A DNA stretch of 64,000 nucleotides from Balanoglossus misakiensis (Eukaryota > Animalia > Hemichordata): NCBI GenBank assembly GCA_040954595.2, contig CM082578.2, forward strand, positions 5,190,831 through 5,254,830, given 5' to 3'. This document shows positions 13,601 to 39,200 of the stretch, one piece after another. Made by a program: the position numbers and the translations under genes. The notes beneath the pieces are model-generated. The model did not search any database. It was given only the letters and a program-made list of their open reading frames with translations, and was not told where the DNA came from. Numbering within the stretch: the stretch's first letter is position 1; each line of letters opens with the position of its first letter.

Positions 13601-14196
13601 TGCAAAAACTGCACAAACAGTGATGCTGGGCCTGTCTGAAAATTTAATGATAGATGGACTATTCTGAAGTCAGTGCTTTGGCATTCTTAATTTTTCTAAA
13701 TCATTACAAATGATTCAATTGGAAAATATCTCTCATTCTTTGTCAACCCGTACATGATTGATGTGGTGCGGAAGTATTAGTGCATGCCTTGAATACTGAC
13801 TGGTATTTTGTTATGTAATTTCCTGGGAGTCGACGCAAAATATGAGGTCAATCTTTAAACATGGTTTGTGTTCCTACATGTAAATGTTTCAAGATTTTTT
13901 CTTTCAATAGCCCAACGGGAATCTAATTGAATATTTCTGGACTTCTATTCGTTGAAATACTTTCTGTAAAGGTGATGGTAGCATGTTTTTTTATGTATGA
14001 ACAATGACAACACCACCTCTGCAATAGTTTTATTTGTGCGGGCAGCTTTTGAAAATGTCCAATTATTGATTTCTAGTTTCCATTTAGAAAGTACACAAAA
14101 TGGATACTGCTTGGACTGGCAGGATGAACAATTAAATGGAAATGAAGGAAGATGAGACATATTAATTAAAACTACATGGTAGATTGGGCACTTTAA

Positions 14197-14368
14197 AGGT
14201 ATAAAGTCACTTCCAATTTACGTACGCCCATATATGGCTGAAATGGCGTATTTGCGCGTTCTAAAGAACATATGGTGGCGCTCTTTTTTGCCACCCACTG
14301 AAAATCTGTGATTGGCTAGATCTCAATTTCATTGGTAACTATAACTTTCCGTAGGTGACCGTATATCT
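14197..14368. mobile_element. Kolobok-type MITE, family A, copy 1
   Basis: TTAA at 14193-14196 and 14369-14372; imperfect TIRs AGGTATAAAGTCAC / GTGACCGTATATCT; homologous to copies at 58404 and 58930. Confidence 0.75.
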
Positions 14369-15780
14369 TTAACATTCCTTGTCATTGAGTGAAGGCGCCA
14401 CCAACGAACTATTAGAGAAATGCAAGTACATGTACAAACAGCTTAGCTGTATCAGACACACCAACTGAATACACACCCAAAAATTGCAGACATTGTCAGA
14501 CAGATGTTAACAAATGACATAACAGACAATCTGCAAATAGCGCAAACAACAAGAATTGAAAATGTTACTTATGCTTTTTGAAAGTCTTGGAATGTACTGT
14601 ACAAACTTTACTTTTGCATTTTTGAAATAAGTGGCTTCTATATATTAAAATAAACTTTCTACACTGATGTCCTTACTATGTTTTTTTCAATCCAAATGTA
14701 AATACCTTCCAGTACAAAATGTTATTTCTAGTACTTCCATAGCAACAGATTTTACTGCACTCTTTAGTGGTGGAATAACCACAAAAAAACAATTACGTGT
14801 CCTTTTGCCCAAAGTACTAATAAGCATCATTCACAAAACAAGATAAATTTTTAACCAATCAATTTGAAATTTGGTTTTTAACATAAAAAACGAACTATTG
14901 TTATGAGTGTTGAAGTCACATATGTTAGCCAACACCCTCTTTCAATGGTAGAGAAAATCCTTGCCTCACATACTGAGGGCCTCCTCACTTCAGTTGAAAC
15001 ACAAAAACAAAAGATACAATTATATGGCAATATTCCTAGGGGGCGCTATACAACGTTATCACATCACAGGTAGCACTTTTTGGATTCTCAAACAAACTTA
15101 ACAAGAAATCTTGCATATGTCATTGAATTCATGATGGCAATGCTCAAGATTATGATTATGACGTGAAATTACTGTCATTCGTACAATTGTCTTTAGTCGT
15201 AAAAATTCAAATAAAAGAGTAAGTTGTTATTTTTAAGGATGTCCGATAGGTAATTTAAGGTAAAGCTGAAAGTGTTCTCATTAATTGCCGATTTAAAAAC
15301 TTCCTTTGAAAGTATTATCAAATCTCTAGTTATTAAAATCTGTAACAAATTATGAAATATGAAGCCATGAAAATTAGCTAATTGAGGCGTAAAACTGCTG
15401 AGTCAGCATTTTTGTGTCATTGTCAGCATCCATGCACCTTGCACACACAGCTACTGGAAAAAAAGTAAATCTGGCAGCTAAAGGCTGTTTTTCATCTCAT
15501 TAGGGTTTTCAGATGAAAATTACCATTTCACGTCAGTATTAGAAAAAAGTAAATATCATTGGATAGATCTTGATAAAGGGTAGCAAAACAGCCTTTAAAT
15601 CAGTCTATTTAAGATTTGCATCCATGTTCATTGCACAAGCATGCATTCAGCATGCAATGAACATTTCTGGTGTTTTTGATACATGTTTTACTTAAATGTC
15701 TTTCCTTGTGAGGTATATTGAAATTCCTGATTTATAATGATTGACTGATTTATTGATTGATTAATTGGCTACACAATAAC

Positions 15781-15835
15781 AGAATCATATGCTATTTCCA
15801 GAGGCCTACGGCCTCGGGGAAATAGCTGTGATTCT
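15781..15835. repeat. Imperfect 26-bp inverted repeat with a 3-nt loop
   Basis: AGAATCATATGCTATTTCCAGAGGCC-TAC-GGCCTCGGGGAAATAGCTGTGATTCT. Confidence 0.75.
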
Positions 15836-16528
15836 GGAAACTCACAGCCCCTCGGGGGAACATGGCTGGTTTATCATGGGATGGTTGTTTTTTATGCCCA
15901 ATATACTAAAGTTATACTACCGCAAAAATCGTGGAAAAAACTAGTCATAAACACACAGGACCGTGCTAGAAAGAGGACATTGGACTCGTAGGATGAGACT
16001 TATGAAAATTAAGCTGTATTTGCTGGCAAAAATATTATTTTTCAACTCCCCAGGATAGTTTATTTAATCAATCAAATGAGAATATTGGGCCCATAGCTAG
16101 AAATTGCAGTGTCTGTCAGAAATAAAACATCTTTAAAATGGCAAATTTTATTAATTTTACATCTGACATTGAGTGGAAGATTTCAGTGAATGTGACAAAG
16201 ACCAGGGTCCTCTAACTGTACGAACGATGACATCATCAAATATTTTTATGGATTTTTCGAACACATCAACAACATTGATGAGGTACATCATGAGACGGCA
16301 TAATTTATATATTGGTAACCTCTAGAAGTTGACTGCACCTTATAGTATACACACACAGCAAGTAGACTATTGTACGTCTCACCTGTAGTGTGACGACGCC
16401 CACGCTGTTCTGAGTCCACAGTGCACCAGTTTCCATCAATATTTTCCACGCTTCATCTTTTCATCATCACTTCCTCATTCCCACAATTCAACACTTCTGC
16501 GACGGCGCAGAAGCGACGCAAGGTCAAC

Positions 16529-28266
<11,738 letters not shown>

Positions 28267-28581
28267 CTCTGAAAGGGAATCTTGCAACGTATGTCTGTGT
28301 ACTCGGCCATGATTGACAACAGAATACAACACTATGCAGACACTTTTTTTTTTTTTTTGTAGATCTCACAATTTCGACCCGTCTCTCGCCATTCACAAGT
28401 GGAATAGGTCAACCCCAGTCAATTCCTTATGTAAGGAATGGCCAAATTTGGGAAACAGGGGTGAAGGGGGCTGACCAGTCTCACCCCCCCCCCCCCAAAT
28501 CAGTTACCAGTGGTTGAGTCCTACCTGATCATAAGAAATTGACCAAACCATTGTACTATTGTGTGGTGCAGCCTCAATTTA

Positions 28582-28804
28582 CTGTGGAATACTTTATTTT
28601 CACTGAAAATTTGGAAAATTACTGATATTTTATTTTCACGGTTTCTTGTCAACTTATGTGCAAAGAATAGCAAATGGAATACTTTATTTTCACTGAAAAT
28701 TTGGAATATTACTGATATTTTATTTTCACTGTTTCTTGTCAATCTATGTGCAAAGAATAGCAAATGGTTCCAGTGAAAATAAAATCCAATTGAGAATTCT
28801 ACAG
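28582..28804. mobile_element. TA-target MITE with an internal 90-bp tandem duplication, downstream of the QARS stop
   Basis: TA-CTGTGGAAT...ATTCTACAG-TA; two near-identical 90-bp units starting at 28585 and 28675. Confidence 0.6.
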
Positions 28805-30052
28805 TATGACACTATTGAAGCCATGGGCAGGTGACCTCTGACCTTATGCCCGATGGTAAGGGCTCACCTGCTGTGGCAAGGACATGACAGTTCCATATTC
28901 CACCTGTAATATATTTATTCTTGCATCTTGTCGAACATGTCCATTGTACATTTGTATTTTGCAGGCTACAATTTTTGTTTTAGCTGGGAAGAATACAAGT
29001 GACATAATGACTTTGTGTCACCATTATTTTTTTCTATTAAATACGCACATTTGTTCTTTTTTCCTGATCCTCAAATTCTATTGTCATGTTCCTTGCCATT
29101 TGGCTGCACGCTCTCTAGAAGAAAAAGTAGTTCCAGAATCTCGGAATTAGTGATGTTAGACACGTCTTGTCAGGATGTATAACAACCAGTGTATGATGGA
29201 TCATATTATTTTTCTGTTCAGAAATGACAAACTTGGCTTGTGCATGTAAAAATCAGTTTTGAGTAATGTTAAATAATGTGGCAGGGTTCTTTTTTTTTCA
29301 TGTTTATTGTGCAAACCTCTGCTTGAAAAAGATTGAATCATGTGATGGAAAGTATAGTTGCCGGAGAAATAAACTAACATTAAGAAAAATCTGCAGTCAG
29401 TTAACCCATATGTTATACCAGAGACATCTGCAGTTTTACCTGGAAATACAAAATGACATGCTCTCATGTCATTGAGATTAATTTAGAATGATTTTTAAAT
29501 CTGAATTTAATCAAAATGATGATTAACTTAAATAATGATGCAAACTCAGCAATTTTCTCTATACTGCATAATTCTGTTGTGGTATAGTTGCCCACGCTTG
29601 ACATGACAGAGCTCAGTTTTGATCTATAGATCGAATGATTTCAGTGAAGAAAGGTAATCAGTGTCTGTGCGGAGAATCTGATAATTCCAGCACATTAGAG
29701 TGGTATGACATGATTTAACCCTTTCACCACCATGGTTCAGTAACTTTTATCACTTGTGAACAAGGGAATTTATCACAGAGAAGGAAATCAACACTGTGTT
29801 CAGAACCGTGTGGGCAAATTGTTTTAGACAGGCCAAAATATTGGCTGTCTGCTGTCAACTTCAGTAGCTAAGTGTACATGTATTTCTACTTCTGCAGACA
29901 CTGCTGTAAGAATAAAGCTTTTTTCAGTTTCTGGAGTGTTTCTCTTTGCACTACTACTTTTAAACATGTAAAATGCGTCATAGAAAAAAATTAAAACTTT
30001 CAAACACTGATTTTGGCTGACGAGTTGCATTTTCCACTGTCAATATATGGTT

Positions 30053-30058
<6 letters not shown>

Positions 30059-30105
<47 letters not shown>

Positions 30106-30124
30106 GTATATATATATATATATA
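30059..30124. repeat. (TA)n microsatellite
   Basis: Two TA runs separated by CACATG. Confidence 0.95.
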
Positions 30125-32039
30125 CATTGTATACCATCTTTCCTACCCTTTATAAACAGCGCCCTCTAGAGTCAAACATAGGCCAGCTTCTTACCATGGT
30201 AGTGGGATTGCCTGAATGCCAGTGAAAGTGGTATACTGTCCTCAAGTGAGAATTTAAAATAAACTGCAGTCCCCATACAGACATTTATAAAAAAAAACTT
30301 CAAATGTCAGTTTCATATGAATGCCACAGCAACAATACTAGAGTTGATACTGATGAAAATTTGTTACAATAATACCATTGGCTATTTTCCGAAAGTCATT
30401 ACTATAATCTCCAGTGACTCTGCCACCAAACTCCTTTTGTAATTGTAATTACGATTTCTCTAAGGATTTTAATGTACCTAATGGCACTCTATGAATAGAA
30501 TGACACAAATAGCGCATGTTGTGTACATGTACTAAAATAAAGTGAAAACAACAACTTGTAGACATAATACAGGATGACAAAGTGTGTTAATGGGTTCCAT
30601 TCACAGCTATTGAGGAAACAGTTCACACGTTGAGCAGTTTCTATTGACAACCTGGTTGTATCTTTATGCACACAGGCATGTGTATGTTAATGATGCAGGT
30701 AGGAATCCAAACCTGTATGTATCAAGCATAGGGGCACAATTCTCACCTGATTGTTATACAATGGAAGTTACCCACCCCTGACTCCCATGCATGGTAGTTG
30801 TGCACCATTTCCTCCACAAGAAAAGCCATGCTCCAGCAAGGCCAATGCCGTGTGACCAAGTTTCAATGCAAACATGACCGGTTATATTGTAGCGCCACCT
30901 AGTGTCCATGACGTGAAATATTTAGGGCACACGTACTCAACACAGATATTGATTTTGGCCCCAGGCAAATCTTTGTGTTGTCAGAGTGTGAGACAACATA
31001 CCAAAATGAGGCAATTACACAGTGCGTGACCATGCAACAAAATTATTGGATTCCCATGATGCTCTTCATGTGACGAATGAGAGAACTTCATGTCTCTATA
31101 TGTATAGCTGTACATGTATATGTATGATTGTTATATGCATGGAATACATGTAGTATAAATTGACTTAGTTCAGAAATAAAAATGTACATGATTTCTTATG
31201 CTATTAAGGTTTCTAAATAGTTTCTTACTGAACTTTGTACATAAACAGGAAAAGCAATTTGCATGGTTGTATTGTACAGGGATTGCTGAAATACCAAAAT
31301 ACATACCCATTTATCTCAGACATGTCGTTTTGATGTACAGCATATATTTATATAAACTGGAACAGAGTAATATGATATCATGGGTATTGTTTTTGTTGTT
31401 GAATAATAAAATGGGTATGTTGTTGTTGTTGTTGACATGTTATTAGATGATGAAATTGGTTCCATTACCTAATAGGCATTGTAAATAACAGTAAAAGAAC
31501 AATATACTGTAATTACTAGGGCTCTACAACTATAAACACTTTGGGTTAGGGTTTTGATTGGGCGTCAAAGGCCTCGCTGTTACCCCTGTTAGTAGTAGGG
31601 TAAATTTAAACCTATACCCAGCGTTTTCCACCATTAGACACTGACTGCATAATACATTTTGTGAAATTTGGAGAAGCAATGACAATTACTAGTCACTAAA
31701 TTATCTTTATTACAATGTATTATACATGTAGTATATGGCAAAATGCATAATAGTGGCATACAGTTACCAGTACACATGCACAGCTCACTGATAGTTGACG
31801 GCATCTTCCAATCATGAATGTTTTTGTTTTACTGTTAGTTGTGACAGTTTACACCGACAGTTGAAATGTCCCGCTGTTCGAGATCACAGATTTTTATAGT
31901 TGTGTGACCTTTCTGCGCTCTGCAAAGATAGGTCAGATTTCGATTTCTTATCTATCCGTCTGTCCATTGGCGCAAATAGGTCACATGTTTAAATTTAACA
32001 TAACAATTCGCCGGTAAACATTGTAGCTGTGAGACGGTG

Positions 32040-32150
32040 TGTCCGAACACTCTGATTGGCCAATATGGCTTGTATGCGGTCACGTGAACTAGTTGCTAGC
32101 TGACGTAGACCTATTTATGCAGGGAAGCGATCATGTCGTCATAGCGACAG
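32040..32150 (+). promoter_or_regulatory. Probable DYRK2 proximal promoter
   Basis: Locally CpG-rich. Overlapping inverted CCAAT boxes (GATTGGCCAAT, about 32054), E-box GTCACGTGA (about 32079), TGACGTA (32101), TATA-like TATTTAT (32112), X-box-like GTCGTCATAGCGAC (32135-32148). Confidence 0.5.
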
Positions 32151-32341
32151 CCCATGAATCCCACTGCAGTGTCGTTGGCGAGGAAAAACAGCAACATTTT
32201 CAAGGTAGCCATTTTGTTCGTGGTTGGGGACAAGAAACACACCGTCTCAATGGACATATCCAGGTAAAATCTACCTTCTTAGTGATACCAGGGGTAGATC
32301 ATTGAATACAAGCAATATTTTAGCGGAGATCGTCGGCGAGA

Positions 32342-34123
32342 ATGGCGGCCACGGGTGCGGATACACTGACAACCAGAAAGCCGCCTCAGCAAGTGACACG
32401 GACTCGTTCATTGGTAACAACGGGACCGGGCCATACGACCGCCGCCTTTGCCCATTTGTCTGACAACGCGTCACGGACAGTTGGCGATCCTGCCTCGCAC
32501 GTTGAACTGCCACCTATAGCACCTTCGAAACACCATCACCACCACCACCATCATATAACGAAACATGAACAGCTCGGGAGCGTCCAAGTCCAGCAGTTGT
32601 ACAACGACGACCACCATCATAAACGCATCCATGGGGGCGACAGCGGCACTGTGCCTAATCATATACAACAGCCGCAACCTCACCCCCCGCCGACGACACT
32701 ACCCGACGTCCGTCGACAGGCAAGTGCGGCCAGCCTAGGCTCAAAATCGGGATCGGCCAAGGGGAAGACGCTACCCATGTCCCCGGAGGATGCCATGAAA
32801 CAGCACATGCACAAATTGACGGCGTACGAGCACCATGAAATCTTCAACACCCAGAACGTCTACTTCGTCGGACCGAACGCGAAAAAGCGCCAAGGTGTCA
32901 TAGGTGGGCCCAACAATTGCGGATACGACGACGACCAAGGATCGTATCTCCACGTCCCGCACGATCACATCGGCTACAGGTATGAAGTGCTCAAAGTGAT
33001 CGGCAAAGGCAGCTTTGGACAAGTAGTTAAAGCTTATGACCACAAAAATAATCAACACATAGCCCTGAAAATGGTTCGAAATGAGAAGAGGTTCCACCGG
33101 CAAGCCCAGGAAGAAATCCGTATCTTGGATCATCTACGTAAACAGGACAAGGATAATACGATGAACATTATACATATGCTAGAAAACTTCAATTTCCGTA
33201 ATCATATGTGTATTACATTTGAACTACTTAGTATGAACCTTTACGAATTAATCAAGAAGAATAAATTCCAAGGATTTAGCTTGCAACTTGTCCGCAAGTT
33301 TGCCCATTCCTTACTCCAGTGTCTGGACGCCCTCCATCGCAATAGGATTATACACTGCGACCTCAAACCTGAGAACATTCTCCTGAAGCAGCAAGGCCGA
33401 AGTGGCATCAAGGTGATTGACTTTGGCTCCAGTTGCTATGAGCACCAGCGTATATACACATACATACAGAGTCGGTTCTACCGTGCACCCGAGGTTATAC
33501 TTGGAGCGCGCTACGGGATGCCAATTGATATGTGGAGTTTTGGATGCATTTTAGCCGAACTGTTAACGGGTTACCCCTTGCTACCTGGCGAAGACGAGGC
33601 CGACCAGCTGGCGTGTACCATAGAGTTATTTGCAATGCCACCTCAAAAGCTTCTCGACCAGTCCAAACGTGCTAAGAATTTCTTCAGTTCCAAGGGTCAC
33701 CCAAGGTATTGCACCGTTACAACCTTACCCGACGGATCCACGGTCCTCAACGGTGGCAGATCGCGCCGGGGGAAGATGCGGGGCCCGCCGGGAAGCAAGG
33801 ATCTCGTCAAGGCGCTGAAAGGCTGCGACGACCCGCTGTTCCTGGATTTCCTCCGCAAGTGTCTGGAGTGGGATCCGGCGACCAGGATGACGCCCAACCA
33901 GGCCCTGCGCCATCCCTGGCTGCGACGCCGTCTGCCCAAACCACCAATGCAGGAGCAGCCGTCGTCGTCGGCTCGACACCGCCGCCACAGTTCGGGTACG
34001 GTGGCCAAGCTGCCACCAGCCGCAGCAGCGAGCGGGAAAACAAGACAAGTAGCGGCGGCGGGAGCTACAGACGGTCCTGGTGGTTACGGACAGAGGACTG
34101 TACTGCCCAAAATTGTCAGCTAG
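32342..34123 (+). CDS. DYRK2: Dual-specificity tyrosine-phosphorylation-regulated kinase, class 2 (DYRK2/3-like), single coding exon, 593 aa
   Basis: Uninterrupted ORF with agaATGG start. Has NAPA region (LTAYEHHEI), DH box (YDDDQGSY), [22 protein letters not shown], activation loop [13 protein letters not shown] and the CMGC insert [12 protein letters not shown]-terminal TRKP, LPP and QVQQL motifs resemble vertebrate DYRK2. Confidence 0.96.
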   Translation: MAATGADTLTTRKPPQQVTRTRSLVTTGPGHTTAAFAHLSDNASRTVGDPASHVELPPIAPSKHHHHHHHHITKHEQLGSVQVQQLYNDDHHHKRIHGGDSGTVPNHIQQPQPHPPPTTLPDVRRQASAASLGSKSGSAKGKTLPMSPEDAMKQHMHKLTAYEHHEIFNTQNVYFVGPNAKKRQGVIGGPNNCGYDDDQGSYLHVPHDHIGYRYEVLKVIGKGSFGQVVKAYDHKNNQHIALKMVRNEKRFHRQAQEEIRILDHLRKQDKDNTMNIIHMLENFNFRNHMCITFELLSMNLYELIKKNKFQGFSLQLVRKFAHSLLQCLDALHRNRIIHCDLKPENILLKQQGRSGIKVIDFGSSCYEHQRIYTYIQSRFYRAPEVILGARYGMPIDMWSFGCILAELLTGYPLLPGEDEADQLACTIELFAMPPQKLLDQSKRAKNFFSSKGHPRYCTVTTLPDGSTVLNGGRSRRGKMRGPPGSKDLVKALKGCDDPLFLDFLRKCLEWDPATRMTPNQALRHPWLRRRLPKPPMQEQPSSSARHRRHSSGTVAKLPPAAAASGKTRQVAAAGATDGPGGYGQRTVLPKIVS

Positions 34124-36230
34124 AAGATCACCTTGACATTGAAAGCAATTGACGTGTCCCCCGACGTGTGGAAAAAAAGAGTGTACTTATAAATGTGGAC
34201 TCAGAATTTTAAAACTGCTGTGTTGTTTGTAAATCAATCAAATTTTATTCTCAATGTCAGGAATTTTAAGATTTGAGATTTCTGTGCATATGTTTTATAG
34301 AGGATATTTTTCTGTGTTTATAAGCCAATGGAAATACAATGCGAATCGTGAGATGAGTATTTTAAAACGATGGAGTGAAATACATGACACATACATCTTT
34401 CAGAAAACGCTTGAAACAGCTGCTGTCAATTTTAACTCTATTCTGTCAGCTTTTATCTCTCAATATGTGTTTTACAAACGTCTCTGAATTCGTTTGATTT
34501 CAGTCAGACAGACTGCTTGTATATTTTGTGCATAAATTTTTTTATTGATTTTCCCAGACAGCCAGGGTTGTGTACATTCCAAACTGATTGATGCCATAGA
34601 TGAACCACTATTGTAAAAATTGTCTTAACTTTGTCCAGCATTGCTGTTGCAGCACATTTACTGTTTTTACTACGAAAGAAAGAACACCTTTCTTAAGACA
34701 GACAAAAGATAAAAGAGTCTCAAAAACAAAATATTATTTGACTTGTGATACCGTCCGCCTCTCTTAGGTAAAGCTTAGATTTTCAATTGGTAAACTCAGG
34801 ACTCAGGCTTACAGACAGACACGTCTGAGATAGATAACGATGAGATTTGTCACAGAGCACATATCCTTTTCACAATTGTACTTATCTCTGGGAGATATAT
34901 AAATGCAACATTACAACAACAAAACGTGACTGAAATTTGCAATGCCAGAAGTTGCTTGTGAAATAGAACAAATTCAAACGAAAAACCTTGGGTATGTGGG
35001 CTTACTTTGTGAAAAAACTTATTTATTTAATACGTGGATGCCATGATGCTGGCTTGGAACAAAAAACAACAACGACCAAGCCATGGGGGTATGTTTCTTA
35101 TCTGTGCAGTGATTGCTAAATTTTGACCGATCACTAAAAAAAATGACCACCTTTGCAGTGATCACTAAAAAATTGACCAAACTTAAATGTTTTGCTGTGT
35201 TGTTACCAGTGGGGGTGATATTTGGTTCATAATCTATTACAGTGCTGTAAAGTGTACATATGTAGTACTTAGAAAATCAGACTATTTTTCTATTCCATTT
35301 CTGACCAAAACACCATAGAAATATGAGATGTTGGTAGATTTACAAGAAATTTGTACATGATACCAGGTGATAATTCATATCAGTGAAAGCAAAAAAAAAA
35401 CTAAACAAAAAATCACAGAGTACACCTTGTTTCTATTCTCTTGTTGAAATTATCCGTTGTTTGTTTCATGGTGCCAAGTATTACAGATATGCAGTCCATT
35501 CTGTTCCCAATCTCTGTCTGATATTTTTTTAATTATATTTTTTATTAAGTATATCATAGATTTTTTTTTTTACCCCAAAATGTTGTATATATTAAAAGTG
35601 TGGAATTGCAATTGTTAATGTGTACTAACTGTGTACTTACATTGGGTTGACATTTGCATGTAAACTGGCAATGTATACAATGGTCTGTATACAGCACCAG
35701 TGTAAATACCACCCAATGTCAGTTTGTGACCCGTAGGAGATAGCTTGCTTGTTCTGTTCAGATAAAAAAAAACTTGAGTGATTTTGTAATCTTGGTTATC
35801 ATGCGAATTGTCCTTTGATCAGGAATGATTAAAGTCGGCTATATTTCAACGGAAATGCATTCGCGATTTTGTGTTGAGTGATTTGTGTCCATTCTTCTAC
35901 TGTGTGAAAATCACGGTCTGATTATTTCCCCCATCTCGTCTGTAGAACATGGCCTTTTTTTTCTAATGGGCAGACTTGAATGGTTAACCTTTGACCTACC
36001 TCCCTAAGCCAACAGCAGTCTGACTGTCATAAAATACTGGCAACATTCATTGATGTAGACATGCCTGTGTCACTAAATAGGGCGGGGCGTCATGCGTATC
36101 TAACCTGAACTTAGGCCAAGGTCACCCGGCACATTTTTGTTGCATGTAGATCTCATGTGTAAATAAAAAGTTAGAAAGTGTTCTGTCTCCTTTCAGCAGA
36201 AACACTTTCGCTGCTCTGTGGAATAAAAAA
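34124..36230 (+). other. Probable long AU-rich 3' UTR of DYRK2 ending near AATAAA signals at about 36162 and 36222
   Basis: U-rich sequence after the stop, with TTATTTATTTA at about 35019 and several TGTA motifs; two AATAAA hexamers about 2 kb downstream. The end point is inferred. Confidence 0.4.
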
Positions 36231-39200
36231 AAAGAACAATGTGATGCTGATTAAAACTCGAGCAATGATGGAGAATGCACATTACATCAGACTTCATTTC
36301 TGAGAATTTGCATTATTCAGTCCTGTTAGTATATAAGCAAAGACAGGCTGGTCTACATCATTACTTATGCCTGGCAAGCTTAGTGGCCTGTCAGACTTGG
36401 AGACTGATTGATCAATGCCTGTATGGCTGCCCTGCAACACTTTCATCAGTCTTGTCATGCATTATGATGACATGCAGTGGAATTTACATGAAAGTTACCG
36501 CACCCTTGCAAATTTTAATTGATATGCCTATCTGAAGTGATTTAGCTGATAAGAAATTTAACAACGATGAGGACCCAACATTAACAGAATCACACAGGCT
36601 GATATCTAATAATGGTCTAAACAACAGATGTCAAAAAAAAATAACATGTACATTTGTGTATGTTCTAGTTTCGTAACTGTGACCATTTCATAGAATTGTG
36701 AACAGTAGAACGTGTAGGAGATGATGATTTTGGCGTAGTGGGTTTTTGTGCAGACTTGCATGTCAATTGGTGGATAGGTCTGGGTTCAAATGTTGTAAAT
36801 TTCATAGTGCAGGACAGAGTGTATACATGTTCGCAGAAGTACCACTCTAAAAATTGGACATTTTTGACACACCCCAATGTTATCTTTCATCATTAGGATT
36901 TATTCACAAATGGATATTTCAAAATACAGTGATATTTTCATTTCAGTTAGGTTACTATTGAAAAAAAGATGAAAGAACAGGCCATCATGATTACCTGCCA
37001 GCTGTATTAGCATAGATGATGTCATCATTTCACAACAAAGAAGGCACCTTGACTGACTGGGTGGAGTACCCTTTCCTTGTCTCCACAGTTTACTTTGCAA
37101 ATTTCAATTTTGATTTACTTCATCTCCTCTCCATCATCCATCATCACAAGTATTTCTGCCCATACCAGTAATTTTGCATGCCTTGATTTTTCCCATCAGC
37201 TACATCTAAACTGCACGGGTAATAAGTCGGATCTCCAACGCAAGAGCTATTTTTAGATCCCAGGCAATTGTCATGGTGATGAAGGTGACTCATGCTGTAA
37301 GCTGTTTTCTGTATTCACCGTCTAGCATGACCCTATGGCATTTTGAAGTCCCAGTGTTGAACTGTTCGTGCTGCAGATGTGAGATTATAGAAAATCAGAT
37401 GTGTGATTTTGCTTGCTCTAAAGCCTGTGGTTCTTTTGTGAAGGCCTATAATAAACCTGAGCTAATTTAGATCTGCACGCAAGTGTCAGAGTATTCGCAC
37501 TGTGTTCAGAAATTGCTATTCAGGCATTCTTCAACACTAGAACAGGATAAACATATTTCATCTTCACCAGTTCTGATCAGTGTGGTTGGGGCTATGATTG
37601 GAAATCTTTCAGAAACATTTGGTTCCATAAGAGCCCCAGAAACCCAAATTAGAGTTATCTGAGATTGAATACTGACATCTGAAAATTTCAAAGATATAAG
37701 CAGATTTGCTCAGCCATCGATACAGCCACTGGTTATATAATATCACATGATACCAGCAAACCTTGGACAACTTGTAGTACACATTGTAGACAATTCAACA
37801 CAATACCATGATAGCTTTGCTGGATGCAGGTTATAGTGTGTGATAGTTAAGTTGTAGTGCAGTTATAATCGAAATTGTCAAATGGACAGAGTGTGGGATA
37901 CTGCAGTGCTGTATCAACACTCCATCTATTTGGCCATTTCAATTTTCTTATTCACTCTATTTTACTATAATCCTGTCCGAATTCAAGTCCCGTTCTGTGC
38001 GCTTGAGCATGCATTTTGATTTCTTTTGGTACATGGTGTTTTGCGCTTTCCACCTCATTGGTCAGCAGAGTTCAGGCAACCCTGGCCTGCATCTGCCAGT
38101 TGGGTTTTCACAGATCTCTTCCACCGTTCAAACATTGCCATTTGGGGATAAAACCTGGCTGGTTATAAAAATGATGATATTGCCATTTTTTTTCTTAATA
38201 TACAACAACCACATCTTGCTAGAGCACACCTTGTTTTTTTACGTGTTTACACAGTTGTTTTACAGGTGTACAATATCGTGGGAACAATCTTTGAATTCAC
38301 AATTCTCATGAGCAGTCACCCAGTTCTATCGAACAACTTCTACCACACTGACAGATTAATAGAATCAGTGGGGAGCCTGGGATGGGGTCAAAGGTCGCAT
38401 AGTTAACTTCCACTGGACACGTACTTCATTTCTAAAACATCAACATGTATAACTTATACACCAGACTGAGTATTTTTTGAAAATGACCACATGGGTGGTA
38501 TTCCTAATAAATTTTGTTTTGCTTCAGTACGAAAGTGTATCTGATTTTGAAGAATTAATCATATTTTGAAGAACACAACAAGACTATATTCATCCTCCCA
38601 GTTTAGTAATTTTTCCAAATTGCAGGTTTTTATCAATCATACACATATATAATGATTCAGTAAAAAATTCACAGGATCAGCCTTGATATAGCAAGTTAAA
38701 AGCAAAAAAAAAGGTGGGTTTGGTTATTTAATTCAACTACCAGGGGTATTTCGATTCAGCGCACTACTTGTAATCATCATGGATTTTGTTTATCTTCTAT
38801 GGATCCGTGAACTTGTGTTTAGCAGTTGCCAAGCAGAAACAGAGTCCTATTTAAACACCAGTGCCACAGTTTGGCAGTGGCATGTTTTCAGATGTATGTA
38901 TGTATACCTGGTGAAATATCTATCCATGGCAAGAATGTAAAAAAAAATTAAAATGACAACAAAACAGAATGCTGACAATAAACAAGAATTTATTGTAATC
39001 ATATGAACGCAGAGAATACAAACACTCACTGTTCATTTGTCACCAAACTTGATGTGACCAATAAAAAACCTGTTCAGAATAAGGGGCGGGTCAGTGCAGC
39101 AGGTTGCTCTGAAATCACCACCAAATGACTGCACTTGGAACTTGTCTGGGGTAATCTGCTGTCTGTCTTCCACTTCAGAGGGGCTACATCTGAGGCCAAT

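Noticed and set aside
15255-15695. Possible TTAA-flanked element (TTAAGGTAAAG...TTTTACTTAA)
   Set aside because: TIR match too short and degenerate, with no second copy in the window.
31541-31555. TTGGGTTAGGG telomere-like motif
   Set aside because: Only about two degenerate units; expected by chance.
32471-34152. Several overlapping and antisense ORFs within DYRK2
   Set aside because: Shadow frames of a GC-rich coding sequence.
37506-37679. Possible minus-strand terminal exon after a ttttcag acceptor
   Set aside because: No partner exons or recognisable protein similarity; composition is like background.
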